In this document: piece after piece, positions 1 to 9,666 of the stretch
Layout: the number at the start of each line of letters is the position of its first letter
Numbering within the stretch: position 1 is the first letter of the stretch
Assembly: GCA_030141605.1 (NCBI GenBank)
Contig: JAQGDQ010001205.1
Coordinates: forward strand, 19,026-55,616
Length of the DNA stretch: 36,591 nt
Source of the DNA: Tubiluchus corallicola
Lineage: Eukaryota > Animalia > Priapulida
Direction of reading: 5' to 3'
The notes under the pieces: generated by a model
Seen by the model: only the letters and a program-made list of their open reading frames with translations
Databases searched by the model: none
What the model was told of the DNA's origin: nothing
Position numbers and translations under genes: made by a program

Positions 1-20
1 GGTGGCTCATAGCTAAAACC

Positions 21-135
21 CTCCCTTGAGATCCTGAGGGTACAGGAAATGCCAATAAGGTCCTGCTGCCCCATGATGGTGAAACCCAACCTGCAGCCTT
101 GTCGTGGCAAGGGGGCTTAGTATCACTAATGTAGG
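21..135 (+). ncRNA. Candidate HDV-like self-cleaving ribozyme at the retrotransposon 5' end
   Basis: Manual fold: P1 CUCCCUU(21-27)/AAGGGGG(109-115); P2 CCUGCA(90-95)/UGUAGG(130-135); P3 GCC(96-98)/GGC(106-108); L3 UUGUCGU; possible P1.1 G101-C116; J4/2 CUAA(126-129) with putative catalytic C126. P1 begins 1 nt after the TSD. Atypical points: C at +1, long J1/2, little or no P4. Confidence 0.6.
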
Positions 136-198
136 CTCTGGGACCAAATGCTCGGTGGTATATCTGGGTGCCCCACTGCCTTGTGGGTGAAGTCTCTT

Positions 199-373
199 TA
201 GACAAAGGCTAGGAGAAGGCAACTCTGATTTCAAATCCCCCTGCTGCCTTGCAGGGTAAGTCTCCTCAGACAAAGGCTAGGAGAAGGCGACTCTGATTTC
301 AAACCGGGGTAGGTGGAGCCCGCTTAGTCTCTTTAGACAAGCCCACCTAAGAGAAGGTAACTCTGATTCCAAA
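199..373 (+). repeat. Three copies of a ~37-40-nt motif in the RTE 5' UTR
   Basis: AGACAAAGGCTAGGAGAAGGC(A/G)ACTCTGATTTCAAA at ~200-235 and ~268-303, with a diverged third copy at ~335-373. Confidence 0.8.
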
Positions 374-806
374 TCCCCGGCCACTGCTGGCAACCGGCAA
401 TCCAGGCTGGTTCTCACTTTCATCGAGTTCCTCAGGCTGGCCAGCTGCGCTCCGGTTCGTGATGGACATGTGCTCAATTTGGGACCTGCCTATTATGTCG
501 TGCCGGAAGGAGAGAGTGGGGTGGGCGCTGCACAAACCCACCTTTCTCATATCTGTGCAGGTTGTCCCACAGTCAACCAATCAAAAACTTCCAGTCCTGC
601 GGCGATGAGTGTGCGGCGGTGGGGGCAGGCAAAGAGTATTGCTGGGAGCCCTTAGCAGCAAACTTACACGTAGGCGGCACCAGTGTGATGGTCGTTCACT
701 GTAGACCCGGGACAACTGCAGTGTTCGGTCCTGCTGGAGCGTCGGAGCTGCCGTTTTCACGGAGAGCCAGCTCCCCCCAATTCGGGGAAGGGTCTGGAAA
801 AGGTGA

Positions 807-3800
807 CCTAAAGAAGCTTGTCCCTCTTCAACCTGCTGGCAAGCCGCTGTCAGCTGGTTACTCAAATCTTGCGGTCGAAAAACACGAAAATACTGTTACA
901 CTTTTGGAGCATGGAATGTCCGTACACTGATCGATAGTGAACAGTCTATTGAGAGAAGAACGGCAATCGTGGCTAGGGTTCTCAATGAACAAGGTGTGGA
1001 CTTTGCAGCGCTCAGTGAAACGCGTCTTGAGGAAGAGTCCCAACTGTCAGAAGATGGGGCAGGTTACACCTTCTTTTGGATTGGAAGGCCACAGGAGCAA
1101 CCACGTCAAGCAGGAGTCGGCTTTGCTGTGCGAACAAAGCTTATGCAACACCTGGTCAGTCTTCCAAAAGGTATCACTGAAAGGCTTATGACAATGCGAG
1201 TCCGGCTCTCAAATGGTCATTTTGCAACGTTACTCAGTGTATATGCCCCGACGATGTCTTACCCGGATGTGGCTAAAGAGGAATTCTATGATCTGCTGTC
1301 CAGGACCATCACAACCATCCCCTCAGGTGACAAGATCCTTCTTCTGGGGGACTTTAACGCACGCGTAGGACGAAACTCTGCTGCCTGGGAGAATGTGATT
1401 GGCCATCATGGCATCGGCGCTGAAAATTCGAATGGCACATTGCTCCTGAGTCTCTGTGCTGCCCACAGGCTTGTGATCACAAACACATTGTTTCAGCAGA
1501 AGGATGCCTTCAAAACAACCTGGATGCATGCCAGATCAAAACATTGGCATGTTTTGGACTATGTGATTGTGCGGCAGAGGGACCGACGTGATGTGCACCT
1601 CACTAGAGCGGTTCGTTGCACCACTGCCTGGTCTGACCACCGGCTGGTCAAGGTGAAGACAGCCCTACAAGTTCCCCCAAAGGTTCGCGCAAAGTCTGCA
1701 AGAGCACCACGACTTGACTTATCGAAGCTGAAGCTGCCCGCACATCGTATGTTGTTGGAGCAGAAGATATACACGCAATTCCAAGCACAGAGTGAGATGC
1801 TGGACACCATAGCAGGCAATGTAGAGGAAGAGTGGGAACTTTTGAAAACCACTACATATGAAAGTGCTGCAGCAGCACTTGGGAAACGTCGTAGGGACAA
1901 AAACGACTGGTTTGACCACAACGATCAGGAGATTCATGGCATACTATCCAATCTGCACGAGAAACATCTGGACTGGGTGAATGATAAAAATTGCCAAGCA
2001 AAGAAAGACAGCTACCATCAAGCGAGGTCTGTTGCACAGGCGAGGATTAGAAAAATGAAAGATGCTTGGTGGGTCGATCGAGCCATAAGACTTCAGGATG
2101 CTGCCGACCGGCATGATACTCGTGCCTTCTATCAAGAGCTGAAGACTGCACATGGTCCTAGTTTCAATGGATCCATGGCTGTTTTGTCAACAGATGGTAA
2201 CACGCTTTTCACGGAACCAACTGCTATTGTCCAGAGATGGGCTGAACATTTCGAGCAGATTTGGAAACATCCTTCTATCATCGACAATGATGTCATCATT
2301 AACGTGCCGCAACAACCAACAATGGAGGAACTGGCTGTGCCGATTCAGTTGGAAGAGGTGAAAGCTGCGATCAAGGCTATGAAATGTGGAAAAGCCCCTG
2401 GTGCAGATGGCATTAGCCCTGAAATCTTCAAGTATGGTGGTCCGCTTCTTGTGGAAAGGCTTTTCAAGCTTTTCAATACCATTTGGGAGGCTGAGACTGT
2501 GCCGCAGGACTTCAAAGATGCTACGATCATCCATCTATACAAGCGGAAAGGCGATCGCGCAGATTGCAACAACCACAGGGGAATATCGCTGTTGAGTATT
2601 GCTGGAAAGATTCTGGCTCAAGTAATTATACGGCGCATTAGTTCTCTCGCTGAGCAATTCCACCCAGAAAGCCAGTGTGGATACAGGGCAAACCGTGGTA
2701 CTGTTGACATGATCTTCGCTGTGCGGCAGTTGCAAGAAAAGTGTAGGGAGCAACATCGGGACCTCTACTTGATATTCGTGGATTTAACAAAAGCGTTTGA
2801 TTCAGTCAGCAGGGAGGGACTTTGGAGACTTCTGTGTCGGACAGGATGTCCCTCAAAAATTGTCAACATAATACGCTCTTTTCATGATGGCATGCAGGCT
2901 CGTATTGTGGATGGGCACCAGGAATCCTCTCCGTTTGCAGTCAACAACGGTGTTAAGCAGGGATGTGTACTAGCCCCACTGCTTTTTGGAATAGTCATTG
3001 CTGCAGTAATACGCGATGCCTACAACGAGTGCTATCGGGGTGTCGAGGTCAGGTTTCGTTACGATGGCGGCGTATTCAACCTGCGCCGCTTCAAGGCGCG
3101 AACGATGGTGTGTTACACCTTGATAAGAGAACTGCTGTATGCTGATGACTGTGCACTTGCCAGTCATTCCATGGAGGATGCACAATTTTTGATGGACAAC
3201 TTCGCTTTATCAGCCACCCGTTTCGGTCTGACTGTGTCTGTGAAGAAGACAGAAGTTTTAGTGCAGCCTAGACCTGGTACAACTCCTACAGCACCTGCTA
3301 TAACGATCGGAGATGAAACTCTAAAGGTCGTGGATCGGTTCAGTTACCTGGGAGGCACAGTGACAAATGATTGCTCTAGTGATTGTGATATAACCACCAG
3401 AATTGGCAAGGCTGCAGCAACCTTCGGGGGCCTGTCAGGAAGACTGTGGAATACCCGGGATGTCCGCCTAGCAACGAAGATGGCAGTTTACAAGGCAGCC
3501 ATTCTACCGGTGCTACTTTACAACTGCGAAACCTGGACACTGTACCGCAAACAGGTCAAGAAGCTTGACAGTTTCCATATGCGCTGTTTACGTCGGATAG
3601 CTGGCATTCGCTGGCAGGACAGAGTGCCTAACACTGAAGTCTTGGGTCGCTGTAATGCCTGGGGCATTGAATCCCACATATTTGCGGCACGGCTCCGCTG
3701 GTCTGGTCATGTGTCCCGGATGGGTGAGGACCGTATTCCTCGGACTCTCCTGTTTGGTGAGTTGGCAGTAGGGGCAAGGAGGGTCGGTAGGCCCTTTAAG

Positions 3801-3986
3801 CGTTACAAAGACCAGCTGAAGGATACCCTGAATCAATGCAACATCCAACCAGAAAACTTCGAGACCCTGGCGAGTGACAGAACTCAGTGGAGAGCGCTCT
3901 GCAAGAGAGCAGTGATCAACTTTGAGCATCTACGAATAGAAGATCTCAAAAAAAAGAGGCGTCGGCGTAAGAATAATGTGCAGTGA
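807..3986 (+). CDS. RTE ORF2: APE endonuclease + reverse transcriptase (frame open from 807; ORF track starts at GTG 969)
   Basis: EN motifs FGAWNVRTL (903-929, upstream of the called start and in frame), ALSETR, LGDFNARVG, LDYVIVR, WSDHRLV. RT motifs KAPGADGI, RGISLLS, FVDLTKAFDSV, GVKQGC, LLYADD, FSYLG. C-terminal RLRWSGHVSRM. No internal stops; upstream in-frame TGA at 804-806. Confidence 0.93.
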   Translation, partial: PKEACPSSTCWQAAVSWLLKSCGRKTRKYCYTFGAWNVRTLIDSEQSIERRTAIVARVLNEQGVDFAALSETRLEEESQLSEDGAGYTFFWIGRPQEQPRQAGVGFAVRTKLMQHLVSLPKGITERLMTMRVRLSNGHFATLLSVYAPTMSYPDVAKEEFYDLLSRTITTIPSGDKILLLGDFNARVGRNSAAWENVIGHHGIGAENSNGTLLLSLCAAHRLVITNTLFQQKDAFKTTWMHARSKHWHVLDYVIVRQRDRRDVHLTRAVRCTTAWSDHRLVKVKTALQVPPKVRAKSARAPRLDLSKLKLPAHRMLLEQKIYTQFQAQSEMLDTIAGNVEEEWELLKTTTYESAAAALGKRRRDKNDWFDHNDQEIHGILSNLHEKHLDWVNDKNCQAKKDSYHQARSVAQARIRKMKDAWWVDRAIRLQDAADRHDTRAFYQELKTAHGPSFNGSMAVLSTDGNTLFTEPTAIVQRWAEHFEQIWKHPSIIDNDVIINVPQQPTMEELAVPIQLEEVKAAIKAMKCGKAPGADGISPEIFKYGGPLLVERLFKLFNTIWEAETVPQDFKDATIIHLYKRKGDRADCNNHRGISLLSIAGKILAQVIIRRISSLAEQFHPESQCGYRANRGTVDMIFAVRQLQEKCREQHRDLYLIFVDLTKAFDSVSREGLWRLLCRTGCPSKIVNIIRSFHDGMQARIVDGHQESSPFAVNNGVKQGCVLAPLLFGIVIAAVIRDAYNECYRGVEVRFRYDGGVFNLRRFKARTMVCYTLIRELLYADDCALASHSMEDAQFLMDNFALSATRFGLTVSVKKTEVLVQPRPGTTPTAPAITIGDETLKVVDRFSYLGGTVTNDCSSDCDITTRIGKAAATFGGLSGRLWNTRDVRLATKMAVYKAAILPVLLYNCETWTLYRKQVKKLDSFHMRCLRRIAGIRWQDRVPNTEVLGRCNAWGIESHIFAARLRWSGHVSRMGEDRIPRTLLFGELAVGARRVGRPFKRYKDQLKDTLNQCNIQPENFETLASDRTQWRALCKRAVINFEHLRIEDLKKKRRRRKNNVQ

Positions 3987-4671
3987 CTCGACGGACTTTC
4001 ATGACTCACTTATTTTATTTCCTACTGTAATATCTCTCTGTATTTTGTGTCTGTCTGTGGGGCCGGATCCGTCGTTTGACGACGGCCTACCAATATATAT
4101 ATATAGCTAAAACTACAGAGGATGCTGCTTCACACAGACACTATTACAGTTTTCTCTTTCAAGGAAGTAGTGTGATCAGTGGCGCCTCATAGCTAAAATT
4201 ACCGGGGGTGCTGCTTCAGAAATTTTTTAGCCAAAGTTGTTTTAATGCTGTGTAAAACGAAACGAACATATCAAATTTTAATGCTGCAATTGTAATTTTA
4301 AACAAACCAATATACGTAAGTGTATATGAAAGTATATACGTAACTTGATAAAATCATAAACAAAACAGCATTTTTTGCACACTAATAGCCTAAATTGTTG
4401 CAGTTCAATCTTGATCCATTGACAGTAAGCACGTGGCAACTGACAACAAACTGTGTGAGCGACAGTACTTTTTCTACCTGGGCTTAGACAACACACAAAC
4501 ACTACGTTGCTGGAGCGTACTGTGCTGGGCTGTGAAGCAAACAGTACTACCCTCACATGCTCTGGTTTCGTACAGACAGAAGGAAAGAACTACAGAAAAG
4601 ACTCGTTATAGTCAATAATACTGAGTGAAAATATGTAAAGACATTGATCACACTTGTTGCTTTAGAATAAC

Positions 4672-5092
4672 TTGCAGTGTAACATAAAACTTTGTTACGT
4701 CAATACAAATAATAATTCCTCCCTAAACACACATACGTTTATAAGTGCAAATGCACTGCAAATGTGTTACTGCTTATAAGTTGCAGTGTAACATAAAACT
4801 TTGTTACGTCAATACAAATAATAATTCCTCCCTAAACACACATACGTTTATAAGTGCAAATGCACTGCAAATGTGTTACTGCTTATAAGTTGCAGTGTAA
4901 CATAAAACTTTGTTACGTCAATACAAATAATAATTCCTCTCTATACACACATATGTTTATAAGTACAAATGCACTGCAAATGTGTTACTGCTTATAAGTT
5001 GCAGTGTAACATAAAACTTTGTTACGTCAATACAAATAATAATTCCTCTCTATACACACATATGTTTATAAGTACAAATGCACTGCAAATGT
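4672..5092. repeat. 109-bp tandem repeat, ~4 copies
   Basis: TTGCAGTGTAACATAAAAC recurs at 4672, 4781, 4890 and 4999. Only one unit is present in the mirror arm (~22679-22772). Confidence 0.9.
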
Positions 5093-5468
5093 AATAGTGT
5101 CTGTGGACTCTCTTACCATCTAGTATCTAAGATTCAGTCATACTGCATTTATTTGATATGTGCATTTTTGGGACAACTGACTCTTTGTAACCACTTCACA
5201 GCTATTAATGCCAAAATCATGACTCTCATAGTATGACTCTATATGAGTCTCATATGACTCTCATGACTTCTCTAGAGTTGTTGAGCACCTCTCAGCATTT
5301 CAATAGACTCAAGGAGGCATTGATAGAGTGTCTTATAGACAGGTTTGTTGAAACTTAGTAGCATTCAGCTAGTGCAATATCATTGGATCGCTGTTCTATA
5401 AGCTTTCGAACTATTTGTTTGGCACTATGATGATACAGCTTGCTCTGTATTGCTCTAAAATTAAGTTT

Positions 5469-5747
5469 GACCAGACGGTTTAGTCTAGTGGTAATGCGTC
5501 TGCTTTCGGTCTGGGAGGTCGTGAGTTTGAACCAGCGGTCGGGTCATACCGAAGACTTTAAAAATGGTACCTGCTGTTGCCCTGCCTGACGCGTGGTATT
5601 TAGGGTAAAAGTGGGGTAATAATAGTCTCTGTTATGTAGTTGTAGGTTGTTATTTACAGTCGGCGATAATAGCTCTTTGAGCTAATGTTAATTGTTGACC
5701 CAAAAGCCGACTTTAAATAAAGATTATTATCATTATTATTATTATTA
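5469..5747 (+). mobile_element. tRNA-derived SINE (central domain resembles Meta/MESC-type SINEs)
   Basis: A-box-like TAGTCTAGTGG, B-box-like GTTTGAACC, body GGGTCATACCGAAGACTTTAAAAATGGTACC, (TTA)n tail. Family assignment is from memory. Confidence 0.75.
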
Positions 5748-6945
5748 AGTTATGTTTATTAATTGTGTTGTTAAGATGAATACTCGGTAACTCATGGCTG
5801 TACGTTGTAGTCATAGCACTTTCGAGAATTAATAAGTTATGTTTATTAATTATGTTGTTAAGATGTATACTCGGTATGACTGTACGTTGTAATCATAACA
5901 CTTTTGAGAATTAATAAGTTACATTTATTAATTATGTTAAGATGAATACTCGGTAACTCATGGCTGTACGTTGTAATCATACCACTTTTGAGAACTAATA
6001 AGTTGTTTTTATCATGTTGTTAAGATGAATGCTCGGTAACTCATGGCTGTACATTGTAATCATAGCACTTTTGAGAATTAATAAGTTATGTTTATTAATT
6101 ATGTTGTTAAGGTGAATACTCGGTAACTCATGGCTGTACGTTGTAATCATAGCACTTTTGAGAATTAATAAGTTATGTTTATTAATTATGTTGTTAAGGT
6201 GAATACTCGGTAACTCATGGCTGTACGTTGTAATCATAGCACTTTTGAGAATTAATAAGTTATGTTTGTTAATTATGTTGTTAAGATGAATACTCGGTAA
6301 CTCATGGCTGTACGTTGTAATCATAGCACTTTTGAGAATTAATAAGTTATGTTTATTAATTATGTTGTTAAGGTGAATACTCGGTAACTCATGGCTGTAC
6401 GTTGTAATCATAGCACTTTTGAGAATTAATAAGTTATGTTTATTAATTATGTTGTTAAGGTGAATACTCGGTCACTCATGGCTGTACGTTGTAATCATAG
6501 CACTTTTGAGAATTAATAAGTTATGTTTATTAATTATGTTGTTAAGATGAATACTCGGTAACTCATGCCTGTACGTTGTAATCATGGCACTTTTGAGAAT
6601 TAATAAGTTATGTTTATTAATTATGTTGTTAAGATGAATACTCGGTAACTCATGGCTGTACGTTGTAATCATAACACTTTTGAGAATTAATAAGTTATAT
6701 TTATTAATTATGTTAAGATGAATACTCGGTAACTCATGGCTGTACGTTGTAATCATACCACTTTTGAGAACTAATAAGTTGTTTTTATTAATTATGTTAA
6801 GATGAATACTCGGTAACTCATGGCTGTATGTTGTAATCATAGCACTTTTGAGAATTAATAAGTTATGTTTATTAATTATGTTGTTAAGATGAATACTCGG
6901 TAACTCATGGCTGTACGTTGTAATCATAGCAGTTTTGAGAATTAA
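5747..6945. repeat. 87-bp minisatellite, ~14 copies
   Basis: Unit GAATACTCGGTAACTCATGGCTGTACGTTGTAATCATAGCACTTTTGAGAATTAATAAGTTATGTTTATTAATTATGTTGTTAAGAT, with some 84-bp units. Confidence 0.93.
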
Positions 6946-7052
6946 AATTATTTACATAAGAAACTTGTATTAAATGATTTTATTAAAATGTGACATTGAG
7001 TGAAGCCTTGTAACAGTAAAGAAACTTCACAATTTTCTTTAGATGTCGCTAC

Positions 7053-7442
7053 CAGGGGCATATTAACTAATGGACTAACTAGAGTCTAGACTATAGCCTA
7101 GGCCCCCAAAGTTTGAGAATGTCACATTTTAGAAAAAAAATTTATTCTGCTCGGAAAATGTGTATACTTTCATTTTCATATTCACGTGAAGGATGCATTT
7201 TATAACACACCATAGGCAGTTACTGAGGCCTGCTCCTATATAAGTGCCACATAACGAACAGGTGCAAGGTATTATACAATTAGCAAGCACTATGCAAATA
7301 CATGTAATTAATAATGACCAGGTTAATAGTGTTTCTAATACACCACAAGTAATTATTTAATGCACATACATAAATAACACAGTAGAGATTGGTGCGACAG
7401 AACTATCAACCAAAGGCATTGTAAAGTCTTGATATGACCCTG
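7053..7442. mobile_element. ~390-bp non-autonomous DNA element with hAT-like ends
   Basis: Ends CAGGGGCATAT ... ATATGACCCTG. Mirror copy at ~21079-21461 and a diverged copy at ~32610-32975 ending ATATGCCCTG. No clean TSD. Confidence 0.55.
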
Positions 7443-7756
7443 GCCACTGGTCAAAGAATTGCAAATGTCGTTCTCTTCTCTACATGGGATGTTGTTACAT
7501 TTGAAATGAAATTTGATAACAGATCATAAATTCATAATAGCAACATAATGTGGCCATTTAAAAACATAGCTGAGAGGATGTTGCTACTCTCAAATAGTGC
7601 ACTACAGAGCACATCAATATTTCTAAACAGCAAACAAATTATGATGTCAAAAACATCTGATCCACCAATGACCATTCACCTTACACAGCAGCATTGGAGT
7701 AGTCATTATTTCTATGTAGTAATCATTATTTCTATGTTGCTACTCATTGGCACATA

Positions 7757-8367
7757 TGTGTGCTTGAAAAACCAAAACCGTCCATAAGTGGGCATAGTTA
7801 AAACAATGTTATGATGTTTCAAAGTAGAAAGCACCAAAAAGTTGGTCAAATGTCACCTTTTTGTCTTTTATAAAAACAAATGCTAAATATATTGAACTTT
7901 TACATTCTAGCATCAAATTATCAAGAAAATGTCCAACAAATAGGGAAATCAAATTTTATAACTGAGTATCCATTTTTCTGGTTAGAAACTAGTGCTGCAA
8001 TTGTAAAAAACTTAATTTTTCAACTCCGCTAGAAGCTCATGGAAGCAGTCATTTTATTTCGGGTTTTTAGTGTTGACAAACCCAGATCTTTGCCAGGAAC
8101 AGCCATCTACTGGATTTAAACATAACACCAATGTGTTCTTGCAAAGTCCATAGCAACCAACATTTGTGCGGTTGTTAAGTGTTTTGTAGAAACACGACAA
8201 AAACAGTGGCTGACTTTAACAGTGATTTTCTCAAGATTATGTTTTTCTGTGTGCAACCTGCACCTCAACTTCAATGTGGATTATCTCAGCTTAGCAATAA
8301 AATACGGCGATGACTTTGGTATAAAAAGGATTGCCGACTTATGGACAATTTTGCTATGAAGCACACA
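7757..8367 (+). mobile_element. ~610-bp MITE with ~38-bp imperfect TIRs (TGTGTGCTT...GTCCATAAGT(C/G)GGCA)
   Basis: TIRs at both ends. Related copies at 20080-20692, ~11660-12324 and ~16726-17393, and a remnant near 13310-13395. Confidence 0.8.
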
Positions 8368-8370
8368 TTT

Positions 8371-8889
8371 AGGGATGAGAATGACAAACTGCAAGAAACT
8401 CTGAAACAGGCCGGGGATTTTGGGCCACCTAGGCCCCCATTGGGGTTGAGGGGCAAATCCCCCTTGGAGCCAGCAACAACTTGCAATTTTGTTACCATAG
8501 AGAACCTCTAAGTGGACTTAAAATATCAATTACCTTGTTTCATGCAAAATTTAAAATACCCAACTATCAAGGATATATGATACCTAATTGTTTCAAAAAC
8601 ACCTAAGTACTGGCCGCTCATATGCAAAAGTATATAAAAACTGTCTGCAATTGACTCAAATAACTCTGCACAATTGATTCTATATTTTTATTCATAGAGA
8701 TATACACTTGGCTACACCGATGTACGTGATGTAAACAAAGTGACGGCCTGCCATCTAGCGGTCAGCTAGTGAAATAATGTACTGGGTCCGTAAAAATTTT
8801 CTCAATGAATTTACGCGATTTACAAAAATGGCACTACTGGTCTTCCAAAAACTCGGAATTCCACGTATCCGCGAAAAATTCTCATCCCT
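8371..8889. mobile_element. ~520-bp hAT-like MITE (TIR AGGGATGAGAAT)
   Basis: AGGGATGAGAAT ... ATTCTCATCCCT. Copies at 19558-20076 and 31213-31713. Confidence 0.78.
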
Positions 8890-9032
8890 TTGTAAACAAC
8901 AAAACAAATTACGATGTCAAAAACATCTGATCCACCAATGAGCATTCATCTTACTAAGCAACAATGGAGTAATCATTATTTCTATGTTACTACTCATTGG
9001 CTAGATGCTAATACTGTCAAATAAGAACCAGT

Positions 9033-9600
9033 TTTTATTTTTAATAAACTTGTTTCTTGCTACTTCCTCAGAAAAATGAACATTGCAGAACACCCTACAT
9101 ATGATGGTGTTACAATGACAAGAAAAGTTTCTCCTATTATGGAGCCACATTGTGGAATGAATTACCAAACTGTCTCCGAATGGCTGAAAATCTTGGGGAA
9201 TTTAAACGTCTAATTAACTCATGGACTGGTGTATCATGTAAATGTGCCATTTGTAAATTCAGCGAACTTCCCAATTTTGTCAAGTCGTAATTAAATGCTG
9301 AATATGTTGGCTGGAAAATTTTTTATTGACCTACATAGCTTTTTGTGTAAATTTCTGAAAATGTTACTGCCTAAAATTTTTACTGTCTTCATGTAGTTAT
9401 AAATTTTTCTAGCACCAATACCTCTGGTGACATCCAAAAGATTTTAAGAAGTACATATTATTACCATGTATGTTATCGCTCATATACATTATGTTTGATA
9501 TCGGTTTACGAGCTTTAAGCTCATGTTTTACAAATATGTACTGTTTTATATCATACCGATGAAAATAAATATTATCTTATCTTATCTTATCTTATCTTAG
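9033..9600 (+). mobile_element. 5'-truncated CR1/L2-group LINE fragment, present only in the left arm
   Basis: Frame 9120-9290 reads KKSFSYYGATLWNELPNCLRMAENLGEFKRLINSWTGVSCKCAICKF..*, like CR1-group ORF2 C-termini. AATAAA at ~9564 followed by a (TCTTA)n tail. Absent at the mirror site (~19420). Confidence 0.75.
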
Positions 9601-9666
9601 TACTCCAAGAAAGCACCTGTTAAATGTGCTTGATAAAATCTCATTTTGAATCACTAGGCTGTGAAT

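Larger units (their letters stand above)
20..4104 (+). mobile_element. Full-length RTE-clade (BovB-like) non-LTR retrotransposon
   Basis: Long APE-endonuclease + RT ORF. Flanked by direct repeat ATAGCTAAAAC at 9-19 and 4103-4113 (TSD). 3' stem-loop CCGTCGT-TTG-ACGACGG (4069-4085) and (AT)n tail. 5' motif CCTTGTCGTGGCAAGGGGGCTT resembles BovB-type 5' ends (from memory). Visibly GC-richer than the flanks. Interrupts an 86-bp repeat unit seen intact at 23270-23870. Confidence 0.93.

Noticed and set aside
1323-3929. Short antisense or alternate-frame ORFs within the RTE (likewise inside the ZNF and cGLR ORFs)
   Set aside because: Shadow ORFs of long coding regions, with no motifs.
5469-5545. Functional tRNA gene
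   Set aside because: A and B boxes are present but there is no proper acceptor stem. The sequence continues into a SINE body and (TTA)n tail.
5995-6927. ORFs of repeated 29-aa units (also 21597-22043)
   Set aside because: They are translations of an 87-bp minisatellite whose length is a multiple of 3. Copy number differs between arms and there is no domain signature.
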